Below the pieces are notes generated by a model. That model had not been told where the DNA came from. It ran no database searches and saw only the letters and a program-made list of their open reading frames with translations. 64,000 bases of DNA from Acidobacteriota bacterium (GTDB lineage: Bacteria; Acidobacteriota; UBA6911), in contig OY761556.1 of NCBI GenBank assembly GCA_963664705.1, positions 1,856,001 through 1,920,000 on the forward strand, in the 5' to 3' direction. Position numbers and translations under genes: made by a program. This document shows, in pieces, positions 1 through 8,727 of the stretch. The first letter of the stretch is position 1, and every line of letters starts with the position of its first letter.

Positions 1-575
1 ATCCATTGGATGGCATGAGTGCGTTCCAGAATCCGAAGGCTTCTCGAATTGTTTATGAAGAAGGCATCTATGTGGGATATCGCTACTACGAGACCTTCGG
101 AATAAAGCCAGCCTACGAATTCGGATATGGCCTCTCCTATACTACTTTCGAATTCGGCAATCCCTTGATAAGCACTCCTTCAGCAGCCGGTGAGATCACG
201 GCATCACTCGAAGTTAAAAATATCGGTAAAGCTGCGGGGAAAGAAGTGGTTCAGCTGTACCTGGGGGCACCCGGCAAGAAACTCGAGAAGCCGGCCATAG
301 AACTCAAGGCCTTCTGCAAAACGAAGCTGCTGAAGCCTGGAGAAGTTCAAAAGGTGAGCTTTATCATAAAGCCGCGACAACTTGCATCCTTTGATCCGGC
401 GACATCGAGCTGGATTGCTGAAGCCGGCAAGTATGAACTGAAGCTGGGCGCATCTTCGCGTGACATCCGGCAAGCCGCTTCGTTTATACTTGATAATGAT
501 CTGGTAGTGAAAAAGGAAAGCAATGTGCTGCTTCCCAAGGAAAAGATTAACGAGCTCAGAAGAAAGGCTCTTTAG
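1..575 (+). CDS. GH3 beta-glucosidase, C-terminal part (5'-truncated by window edge)
   Basis: Motifs YEEGIYVGYRYY, FGYGLSYTTF, GKEVVQLY and ELKAF..KT.LL.PGE are typical of the GH3 C-terminal and Fn3-like domains. Confidence 0.92.
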   Translation, partial: PLDGMSAFQNPKASRIVYEEGIYVGYRYYETFGIKPAYEFGYGLSYTTFEFGNPLISTPSAAGEITASLEVKNIGKAAGKEVVQLYLGAPGKKLEKPAIELKAFCKTKLLKPGEVQKVSFIIKPRQLASFDPATSSWIAEAGKYELKLGASSRDIRQAASFILDNDLVVKKESNVLLPKEKINELRRKAL

Positions 576-605
576 TCGTTATCCCAAAGATCAAGGAGTA
601 ACGAT

Positions 606-1118
606 ATGAAACTGGATGATGCCATCAGAACCGCTTTGGAATACGAGACGGGAGTCCACCAACTGTACCTGGATGCAATGAACGCGACTAAAGATCCGGC
701 GGCCAAAAAGATATTCAAGGTTTTGTGCGACGAAGAAAAGGGGCATGTCGACTATTTGCGACATTGTCTGGATGAGTGGCAGAAAACCGGCAAAATCCAG
801 GCGGGGGAGCTGAAAACGTCCATTCCCGGCAGGGAAGCCATCGACAGGAGCCTGCAGGATCTTCAGCGGAATATGAAGCCAAAGCCGACACATCGCCCCG
901 AACTGGATCTTTTACAGAAGGCCCTGGAGGCCGAAATCAAAACCAGCAATTTCTACAAGGAAATGGTGAGCGCCCTCGATGGCGAAGGGCAAAAGCTCTT
1001 TAAGCGATTTGTCGAGATTGAGGAGGGACACGAGGCGATCGTGCAGGCGGAAATCAACACCGTCAGCAATATGGGATTCTGGTTTGATACCGCGGAGTTC
1101 CGTCTGGAGAATGAATAA
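606..1118 (+). CDS. Ferritin-like/rubrerythrin family diiron protein (no rubredoxin domain)
   Basis: Duplicated E..Y / EExxH helix pairs (ALEYE..DEEKGH; ALEAE..EIEEGH); RBS AAGGAG upstream. Confidence 0.88.
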   Translation: MKLDDAIRTALEYETGVHQLYLDAMNATKDPAAKKIFKVLCDEEKGHVDYLRHCLDEWQKTGKIQAGELKTSIPGREAIDRSLQDLQRNMKPKPTHRPELDLLQKALEAEIKTSNFYKEMVSALDGEGQKLFKRFVEIEEGHEAIVQAEINTVSNMGFWFDTAEFRLENE

Positions 1119-1177
1119 TCCGGGAGAACCGCCGTCTCGGCGCTGGGATGGCTAATGCCGTATACTTTTGGCAAAAA

Positions 1178-1274
1178 GGCTCGCCCGAATGAGAACCGTG
1201 AAGGGCGGTAGCTTGCTGCCGCCTTTGAAAACCATAAAAGCCGAAGGCTGTAGCAAGCTGCCGCACTCCGAAGG
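1178..1274. repeat. REP-like imperfect palindrome, copy 1 (second copy at 60426-60523)
   Basis: Arms GAAGGGCGGTAGCTTGCTGCCGCCTT / AAGGCTGTAGCAAGCTGCCGCACTCC; aligns without gaps to 60426-60523; lies between convergent genes. Confidence 0.8.
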
Positions 1275-1334
1275 GCTTCCCGCTGGACAACCAGCATGCA
1301 GCATTAGCCGGGATGTAAGCTCTCCTGGCAGAAA

Positions 1335-2186
1335 TCATTCGCTGGCGTTGTTGTGGCGCCCGGCCGGCCACCACGATTGTTTGTCAAAGTCAGGGTATCG
1401 GAAGGCTTTGATCCGAGCCTGCGTTGCCGGAGCAATCAGGTATTCCTGGAAGGATGTCGCAGCCTTGGCATTCACTCCGGTTACCTTCTCGGGATTTACC
1501 ACTATCGAAACCATTATCCTTTGAAATAGCGGATCGCCCGTCACAAGAGGCTCGAGGTTCAGTTGCGATTGGCGCTTGGCTCGAAGGAATGGGGATAATC
1601 CCCATAGAACATAGGCTCCCTTTTCGGAGGCTTCGCGCGCGGCCTCCCTGCCATTTGATTTTGTTGTCAGGTACCATTCCCCTTTGGCGGGTTCTCCGGC
1701 CGAAATCCACAGAAGGTCTTCAAGATATTTTGTTCCCGCGCCCTGGTTGGGCAGAAAACGGGATTTTGTGCCTGCAATTTTGCGGAATGCTTCGGTTGCA
1801 TCAGCCAGACCACGAATGTGAGCGGGATCGGAAGGTGGGCCCAGGAGTGCCATTTGATTGGCAAACACAGGATGGGGCCATAACCCCAATTTCTCGGAAA
1901 TAAAGGGCTGTACGCCTTCATGGCCATAGTGGGAAATGACCAGATCCGCTTTTCCGTTGCGGGCTTCGGCAAAAGGGTCGTTTCCCGTGTAGACGATCTG
2001 AGCGTCGTTTCCCGTCTGCTTTTTGTACTCGGGCAAGAGCGTTTTTACAAGATCGTCCGGCACATTTACCAGCGCCAGTCGAACTGTTGCCGTTTGGGCA
2101 TGGGAAAACTGAATTCTTTCGCAAATCATGCCGGATAGCAGAACCACGAAAACAACAAACATTCCTGTGCGAAAAATCTTTGCCAT
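1335..2186 (-). CDS. Periplasmic substrate-binding protein, TupA/PBP2-like (divergent)
   Basis: Signal peptide; A.NG.ADLVISH and F.N...LLGP.SDPAHI.GL motifs resemble tungstate-binding TupA; start moved to ATG 2186 (AGGAG RBS). Confidence 0.72.
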   Translation of the reverse strand: MAKIFRTGMFVVFVVLLSGMICERIQFSHAQTATVRLALVNVPDDLVKTLLPEYKKQTGNDAQIVYTGNDPFAEARNGKADLVISHYGHEGVQPFISEKLGLWPHPVFANQMALLGPPSDPAHIRGLADATEAFRKIAGTKSRFLPNQGAGTKYLEDLLWISAGEPAKGEWYLTTKSNGREAAREASEKGAYVLWGLSPFLRAKRQSQLNLEPLVTGDPLFQRIMVSIVVNPEKVTGVNAKAATSFQEYLIAPATQARIKAFRYPDFDKQSWWPAGRHNNASE

Positions 2187-2408
2187 GGAGCACTCCTGAT
2201 AGGCAGGGAATGACTTCCTGTGCCGGCACAGCATCCGATGAATCTGGGGCACAGGGTCGACAATCCCGATATTCACGAAACCCAAAGGGGCCGGACTCAT
2301 AATGGCAGTAGCCCGATCCCAAAATCAACCAAGGAGTAGATAGCACACTTAAAGGAATCCCGCCCTGAAAACTTCTGGCAGGAACCATTGGAGCAGTCGG
2401 TCATTTTT

Positions 2409-3233
2409 TTAGGAATGGATTCCCAGCAGGCGGGCGCAATTTGCTCCCTTAATGGCCTCCTTAGCATCGTCATTCAGCCACGGGATGGCGTCCAGCAATG
2501 GCAAATCCTGTTGCGGGGAGCGCAGCGGATAGTCACTGCCAAACAGAATTTTTTCGACGCCATGGCCGGAGACAATGCGTCGCAGCAAGGTTGGATCTAT
2601 ATAGGGGAGCGTGCTTGAGGTATCGAGATAAACGTCTCGCCCTACCAAATGGCACAGAACTTCTTCCCAAAACAGATATCCGCCCATATGCGCGGCAATG
2701 GCGCGGAGGTTTGGAAACTCGTCAAGAATGGTCGCCAATTTATGGGGTGTGCTCAAATTGGTATGGCATGTCTGACGGTCTCCGATGTGCACCATGAGGA
2801 CAAAATCGCGCTCCACCTCTGCGAAGAAGTCTCTGAGGCGGGAATCCGCAAGGTCAATACCCTGAAACTCCGGATGCAGTTTGATGCCCTTGATGCCGGC
2901 GCTTCGAAGTCTCTGAATCTCCTCCTGCCATTGCGGGTGATCCGGGTGGTACGTTCCGAAAGGGATGATCTGCGGTTTGGCCGGAGCAGAGCGTCCGGAA
3001 GCCGAATCGGCCGCCAGCTGGATGATCCAGTCATTGGCAGGGGCAACCTGTTCCGGCTTGGTCGCTGCAATAAGAAGAACCACGGCGTCTATGCTTGCCT
3101 CGGAAGCAACCGAGATGAGGTCTTCCAGGCGACCTCCGAAATTAGTGGGCAGACTATAGTAGTCGACAAGTTGATAAACAGCCCTCTCGGCAATTTTGTC
3201 GGCAAATGCGTGCGCGTGACAATCGATAATCAT
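2409..3233 (-). CDS. Amidohydrolase family protein (Amidohydro_2, metal-dependent TIM barrel)
   Basis: IIDCHAH, GIKLHP, IAAHMGG, YLDTS and ILFGSDYP motifs; start at MIID (3233). Confidence 0.9.
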   Translation of the reverse strand: MIIDCHAHAFADKIAERAVYQLVDYYSLPTNFGGRLEDLISVASEASIDAVVLLIAATKPEQVAPANDWIIQLAADSASGRSAPAKPQIIPFGTYHPDHPQWQEEIQRLRSAGIKGIKLHPEFQGIDLADSRLRDFFAEVERDFVLMVHIGDRQTCHTNLSTPHKLATILDEFPNLRAIAAHMGGYLFWEEVLCHLVGRDVYLDTSSTLPYIDPTLLRRIVSGHGVEKILFGSDYPLRSPQQDLPLLDAIPWLNDDAKEAIKGANCARLLGIHS

Positions 3234-3419
3234 ATAAAAGGTCTCATCTACACTTGGCAACTCCCTAACGGGACGCCACGTCAATAGGCGAACCGGCGAT
3301 TTTACGCCTTCGGCAAAAAAATGCGAGGGTTTTGATGAAGGTTTTTCAAAAGAGTGCGACGTTCCACCCTGCCGGAGTATAATTCGGTGCAAATTCCATC
3401 CTGAAAAGGAGAACCCACC

Positions 3420-4202
3420 ATGCCGGAACAATCTCACCAGATTATTCGAGAGCTTCTCGCAAGCAGCAATCCTCAGGAAATCCAGAAAGGTCTGGGCCTG
3501 ATTGCGAGCGAAATTAAAAAAGCCGGTTCTGAGGAAGGGCGACATCTGTTTGAAATGGTAGCCACGATTTTTTATATCGATGCTTTGGATCGACCCGAAC
3601 TGGTTCCTGTTTTGGAGGAAGCGATAGATTTAACGGCTCATTTCGGGCCATGGATCATCCCTGTTCTGATCGAGAACCTTGATGCGGGAGACATAAAGGC
3701 GCAGTGGGCTATTGCTCATGTTTTGGGAAGAATAGGTGCGCGTGCCATCGACCCGATGTTGCAGGCGTATGCGGCCACGGACAAAGTTTCGCTGCGAACA
3801 TTTATTCTCTATGCGCTGGGCAAAATAAAATCGCCCGAAATTGCCAATGCTGCCCCAATTGCTCTGAACGCAGCACGATCAACGGATCTGGAGATGCGTG
3901 ACACTGCCGTTCGAACTCTGGGCAAACTGATTGAGAGCATTCCAAAGGAAATATTGAAGCCTGAAATCAGACAGGATATTGCAAATTGCCTGTACACGCA
4001 GCTGTCGGATGAAAATGCCAGCGTTCGTTCCAAGGCTGTACGCAGCCTTGGAAAAATGGCAGGGAAAGGTCATTTGTCGGATGGAGAGCGTGAACAACTG
4101 CAAAAGGCCTGCCGAACCATTCTGGGGACCGAAGGAGGGGAATGGGATAGGGCCTTTATCGTGCGTAAGGAAGCCTGGGAGACGCTTCGCATTCTTCAGT
4201 GA
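3420..4202 (+). CDS. HEAT/PBS-lyase-repeat protein
   Basis: Repeated helical motifs (AHVLGRIG, LYALGKI, VRTLGKL, VRSLGKM); RBS AGGAG; TATAAT at 3378-3383. Confidence 0.8.
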   Translation: MPEQSHQIIRELLASSNPQEIQKGLGLIASEIKKAGSEEGRHLFEMVATIFYIDALDRPELVPVLEEAIDLTAHFGPWIIPVLIENLDAGDIKAQWAIAHVLGRIGARAIDPMLQAYAATDKVSLRTFILYALGKIKSPEIANAAPIALNAARSTDLEMRDTAVRTLGKLIESIPKEILKPEIRQDIANCLYTQLSDENASVRSKAVRSLGKMAGKGHLSDGEREQLQKACRTILGTEGGEWDRAFIVRKEAWETLRILQ

Positions 4203-4272
4203 ATGTCTGGTGGAACTGTTGTGCAGCCTCGATGCCTGATTTTTTGACATGAATCTGATAAGGAGGAAGTCC

Positions 4273-4815
4273 ATGAGGGAATCAAGGATCGCTGTGTCCA
4301 GTATCGCGCTTTTTCTGGTAGTAATCTCGTCGGCATTCGCTCAAAGCCAATACGGTGAGGATCGATCATTGATAGAAGATCTTCAGGCGCGCTATATGTT
4401 TGCACTGGATTTTCGCGATGCGGACGCCTATGCCTCTACGTTTACTCCAGATGGAATTTTGGATTATGGAGCTGGGGAAATTCGCGGCAGGGAAGCAATC
4501 CGCAATTTCGTTGTCGAAAGCCGCAAAAATGCGGCAGACCAGCGCGCCAAAGACACATCCGGGCTTCGACCGGCAGCGGGTCGACACAATATTTCAAATA
4601 TCGTTCTTAGGATTGCCGGGAACAAGGCGGTCGGTCGGGCTTATTGGTTTCACATGGGAAATAACAATCCTAAACGAGCTTCTGAACTGGACTCCTTTGG
4701 CCACTATGAAGATGAAATGGTGAAGGTGGACGGCAAATGGCTTTTCAGCAAGCGCAAGATCTATAACGAACAGGTGGATAAATGGGCTGCAGGTGACAAA
4801 AATCCTGCCTGGTGA
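4273..4815 (+). CDS. Secreted SnoaL-like / NTF2 family protein
   Basis: Signal peptide; I.DL.ARY..ALD..D....A..FT.DG, GREAI and GHYEDE.VK.DGKW.F..R motifs; AGGAGG RBS before ATG 4273. Confidence 0.85.
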   Translation: MRESRIAVSSIALFLVVISSAFAQSQYGEDRSLIEDLQARYMFALDFRDADAYASTFTPDGILDYGAGEIRGREAIRNFVVESRKNAADQRAKDTSGLRPAAGRHNISNIVLRIAGNKAVGRAYWFHMGNNNPKRASELDSFGHYEDEMVKVDGKWLFSKRKIYNEQVDKWAAGDKNPAW

Positions 4816-5016
4816 TTCTGCGTTTAGCGAAATCGTTGAACCCTGCGCGCGTCCGAAGGAATTCCTGCGTGCGCGGATGGAATTGCGACGATGCGAGGTT
4901 GAGATATCCCTTTTTAGGAGTGGAGCTGAAAGACAAAAGCGTGCGTAAAACAGACTACGCCCAGGAAATCTTCTAGGGATTGCATACTGCCATGGGTGGG
5001 AGCCATTAATATTTAA

Positions 5017-5093
<77 letters not shown>

Positions 5094-5198
5094 ACCTCAT
5101 CAAAGGCGCCGAATAATAGCCTATTTATTGCGCACAGTTCAAGACGTTTAGTGCAAATCTTTCAAAAAAACTCCGATTTGCCATTCCAAAGCCCATCC

Positions 5199-5226
5199 TT
5201 GACAAGAAAAGTCCGATTGCTAAACT
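5199..5226 (+). promoter_or_regulatory. Putative sigma70 promoter of the VWA gene
   Basis: TTGACA-16 nt-TAAACT with an extended -10 TG. Confidence 0.55.
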
Positions 5227-5264
5227 GATTTTGACGTGCCCCCCCGGGTTTTGCGAGGGGGTGT

Positions 5265-6179
5265 ATGATGAAATTCTGGCAACGATGGGCCCTTCTACCT
5301 CTCTTTCTGCTGGCATCTACAACAGGAATCTCCTGGGACAATAAGGACTTTCAGAGACCCGTTTTCAGGGTCGGAGTAGATACAGTCTTCCTGCAGGTCT
5401 CCGTGGTGGATAAGCAGGATCGCAGTGTTCTCGGGCTGGTACGGGATGATTTCAGGGTTTTTGAAGACAAGGTGGAACAGCAGATTTCTGCCTTTGCGCA
5501 GGAAGTCTCACCCGTAAGCATAGGAATTCTACTCGATCGAAGCGGAAGCATGAAATCTCACAACAACATCGCGTCCGCGCGTGCCGCCATTGGTGAATTT
5601 TTGTCACGAGTGCAGAAGGGGGACGAATTTTTTCTAATTGCCTTTAACCAAAATGCGAAGCTGCTCAAGGATTTTACAGATGATGGCAATGCCATCATCA
5701 ACGAGGGGGCGCTCCTGAATCCATCCGGGCAAACAGCCATTTGGGATGCTGTTTATATGGGCCTTGATAAGATGAAATCGGCCAAAAATGAACGCAAAGC
5801 GCTCATCCTGATAACGGACGGCGAGGACAATAGCAGTCGCTACAGCTCCACAGAGGTTCGGGAGTTTGCCAAGGAATCGGATACGCAGATCTATGCAATT
5901 GGGGAGCCTGGGGACCTGGGGTATGGTCCGAGCGAAATCACAACAATCGTTGGACTGACGGGTGGTCGCGCATTTTTTCCGGAAAACCTGAATGGACTCG
6001 ACTATTATATGGGCTTGATCAATGCCGAGTTACGTAACCAATACCTGATAGGATATTCCCCTTCGCGAAAGGATCATGACGGGAAGTGGCGAAAGATCCA
6101 GGTAAAACTCGAGGACATCAAGGGGATGCCAAAACTGGCGGTTCGCGCCCGGGAAGGATATTATTCCCCTAAAAACTAA
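5265..6179 (+). CDS. VWFA-related acidobacterial domain protein (secreted)
   Basis: Signal peptide; F.VFEDKVEQ.I, MIDAS DRSGS, LITDGED and LR.QY.IGY.P..DGKWRKI.V..REGYY motifs. Confidence 0.92.
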   Translation: MMKFWQRWALLPLFLLASTTGISWDNKDFQRPVFRVGVDTVFLQVSVVDKQDRSVLGLVRDDFRVFEDKVEQQISAFAQEVSPVSIGILLDRSGSMKSHNNIASARAAIGEFLSRVQKGDEFFLIAFNQNAKLLKDFTDDGNAIINEGALLNPSGQTAIWDAVYMGLDKMKSAKNERKALILITDGEDNSSRYSSTEVREFAKESDTQIYAIGEPGDLGYGPSEITTIVGLTGGRAFFPENLNGLDYYMGLINAELRNQYLIGYSPSRKDHDGKWRKIQVKLEDIKGMPKLAVRAREGYYSPKN

Positions 6180-6359
6180 ATGCTTCGTAGTATTGATGTT
6201 GGTCTCGGCGCCGATAGCGGTTTATGCGCAGAATGTGCCTTTGGGATATCAAAATAGGAAGGGTAGGAAATAGAATACTGCACTCCTTTTGAGCCGAAAA
6301 CCAATACTGCAAGAATTCCCAAAATCCTTACAAACATCAGAAAGAATTCATGTTTTGAT

Positions 6360-6389
6360 TTGAAGTCGTGTGAATTGCGGTGCTATACT
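6360..6389 (+). promoter_or_regulatory. Putative sigma70 promoter of the OmpA-family gene
   Basis: TTGAAG-18 nt-TATACT with an extended -10 (TGCTATACT) in an AT-rich intergenic region. Confidence 0.5.
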
Positions 6390-6512
6390 CGAAACTGATG
6401 TGAATTAGGAATAGATTCTTTGTTATGCTCCGGTAGGTCAATCGTTTACGAGCACAAGGTCGTTTTTGAAATTTCAGTGATTCGGTTTGGGAGACATAAG
6501 AGAGAGGCGAAC

Positions 6513-8654
6513 ATGAACAGTAGGTGTGCGCGCTTAAGTACAGCTATAGCTGCGTTGCTCCTGTTTTCGGCAATAGGTATTGCCCAGGAGAAAAAATGGA
6601 AGGCTGCAAGCTTCGATGGCACGACAGGCCTTTTTAAGGTTTGGGATGCAGAGACATTAAGGCAGGGTGAAACCAATTGGTCGTTTGGCTGGGATCAGCT
6701 CCATCGTGATCCGGGTCAATTGATGATTGGAAGAGCCCCAGTTGGTGCTGCCGTTGGCATTCTGGATAAATTTGAGTTCTTTTCTTCGATGGACGTGCAG
6801 CGGCACATCGAGGCCGATAATCTGCTCAAATACCGTCGGCTTCCCGGCATGTTGCCGGCCCCGGCTCAAACTCCATACGGCGTCCAATATTTCTCTCAGG
6901 CAGCTCCTTTCATGGATGTTCCTGAAGCAACCGGACGTGGAGATGTTCATCTGGGCGTCAAATTCAACTTCCTTTCAGAACGGCTTGGCAAACCCGTGAG
7001 TATCGGTCTTGCCGGGTTTGGAACCCTCCCTGGACAGCGTACCACCGGCGGCTTGAATCGAGGCCTGTCAACGGGAGCCTATCAGGGCGGATTTGCGTTC
7101 CTTTTCTCGAAGACGGCTGCAAAGCTTGTTCGATTCCATTTCAACATTGGTCCAAATTTCTACAGCGATCCCGAAATTTCCGGCACCACATTGGCCAACC
7201 TCCAGAATGAATTTATCTATCGTGGAGGCGTCGAGATTCCGGCACTTCGGAGAGTTCGCGCGATTGTCGAACTGGATGGGACCAAGTATTTTGGCGATGG
7301 CTCCACGGGACTGAATCCCAAGAGCCCGGTGGATCTGATCTTTGGTTTGCGCGCTTATGTCAGAGAATGGATGGCCCTCTCCGGAGGATACCAGATGACT
7401 CTGAATACCGTGAACAACAACCGACTGCTCGGTGCCTTTGGTACCGGGACCAACGGATTTGTTGTACAGGGCACATTGGGAACGCGTAAAAACGACCCTC
7501 CAACGGGACTTACCCTGACTGTCGCGAAGAATCCCATTCTACAGGGCGATAATACGACTGTCCGTGCCAGTGCTGTGGATCCTGACGGCGACAAGCTGAC
7601 CTATTCATGGGCAGCCTCGGGAGGCAAGATTGAAGGCAACGGAGATACGGCCAAATTTGATGCCACCGGGTTGGCTCCAGGCAAATATACCGTAACCGTT
7701 ACGGTTTCGGATGGCCGCAAGCACCAGGTGAGCAAATCGACCGACATTACGGTATTAAAGAGAAATGTTGCGCCGACAGCTACGATTGAGCCGACTTCGT
7801 TCAGCCTTACCCAGGGAGAAAGCGTAAATCTGAAGTGCAGCGGTAGCGATGCCAACAACGATCCACTGACCTATTCGTGGGCAGTGGATGGGCAGAAGCT
7901 GGCTGCTGCCGGTCAACAGATTTCGTTCGGGTCTGAAGGTCGCAAACCCGGCAGCTATACCGTCACCTGCACGGCAAGTGATGGTGAGGCGACGGGAAGC
8001 GCATCCTCAACCGGAACCGTTAAGGAACGGATTATTCCGAACCAGCCGCCTACCATGGAATGCCTGACGACTACGATGGATGTTGCTTCAGGCGGTTCCA
8101 TCGAGTTGAAGGCGAAGGCTTCCGATCCGGATGGCGACAAGCTCAACTACAGCTGGTCATCAACCGGTGGAGCCGTATCAGGATCCGGCGAAACCGCTAT
8201 GTTCAATGCAGCCGGCGTTAAGGCGGGCAGCTATACGGTAACCGTGGCCGTCGATGATGGACGGGGCGGCAAGGCCTCCTGCAGCATGACGGTGAATGTC
8301 TCGGAACGCTTGAGCGTTACGAAAGACAAGTGCGGTTTCTTTGCAATAGGCAAAGCCCGGGTTGACAACTGCGCCAAAGCAATTCTGGATGATCTTGCAG
8401 TTCGTATGAAAAATGATCCAAAATTGCGGGCCAATGTCATTGGTTACACCGATGACTCAAAACTGGAAAAACGCGCAAAGAAGCTCGGCGAAAAGAGAGC
8501 AAAGGCCGTGGCAGATTACCTGCAGAAGCAGGGCGTCGAAGCCTCGCGGCTGACTGTCACCGATGGCGGTCCGAATAATCCGGTAGGCGATAACAAGAAA
8601 GCCGCTGGACGGACTCTGAACCGCCGTGTCGAAATCGAACTTGCGGTGAAGTAA
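6513..8654 (+). CDS. OmpA-family outer membrane protein: N-terminal barrel-like region, 3 PKD/Ig-like repeats, OmpA_C peptidoglycan-binding domain
   Basis: Signal peptide; three D.DGD.L.YSW-type repeats; C-terminal IGYTD..L..KRA.AV..YL..NRRVEI; start at ATG 6513 (GAGG RBS). Confidence 0.9.
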   Translation: MNSRCARLSTAIAALLLFSAIGIAQEKKWKAASFDGTTGLFKVWDAETLRQGETNWSFGWDQLHRDPGQLMIGRAPVGAAVGILDKFEFFSSMDVQRHIEADNLLKYRRLPGMLPAPAQTPYGVQYFSQAAPFMDVPEATGRGDVHLGVKFNFLSERLGKPVSIGLAGFGTLPGQRTTGGLNRGLSTGAYQGGFAFLFSKTAAKLVRFHFNIGPNFYSDPEISGTTLANLQNEFIYRGGVEIPALRRVRAIVELDGTKYFGDGSTGLNPKSPVDLIFGLRAYVREWMALSGGYQMTLNTVNNNRLLGAFGTGTNGFVVQGTLGTRKNDPPTGLTLTVAKNPILQGDNTTVRASAVDPDGDKLTYSWAASGGKIEGNGDTAKFDATGLAPGKYTVTVTVSDGRKHQVSKSTDITVLKRNVAPTATIEPTSFSLTQGESVNLKCSGSDANNDPLTYSWAVDGQKLAAAGQQISFGSEGRKPGSYTVTCTASDGEATGSASSTGTVKERIIPNQPPTMECLTTTMDVASGGSIELKAKASDPDGDKLNYSWSSTGGAVSGSGETAMFNAAGVKAGSYTVTVAVDDGRGGKASCSMTVNVSERLSVTKDKCGFFAIGKARVDNCAKAILDDLAVRMKNDPKLRANVIGYTDDSKLEKRAKKLGEKRAKAVADYLQKQGVEASRLTVTDGGPNNPVGDNKKAAGRTLNRRVEIELAVK

Positions 8655-8666
8655 ATCCTAACATCG

Positions 8667-8703
8667 AAAGGCGAGCGGCTGCATTTGGGCCGCTCGCCTT
8701 TTA
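8667..8703 (+). terminator. Rho-independent terminator
   Basis: AAAGGCGAGCGGC-loop-GCCGCTCGCCTTTT just after the OmpA stop codon. Confidence 0.85.
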
Positions 8704-8727
8704 AGTGTTTTCCGTCAGATCTCGCGG

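Noticed and set aside
7495-8310. Recurring DNA similarity in the OmpA gene
   Set aside because: Corresponds to three PKD/Ig protein repeats, not a DNA-level element.
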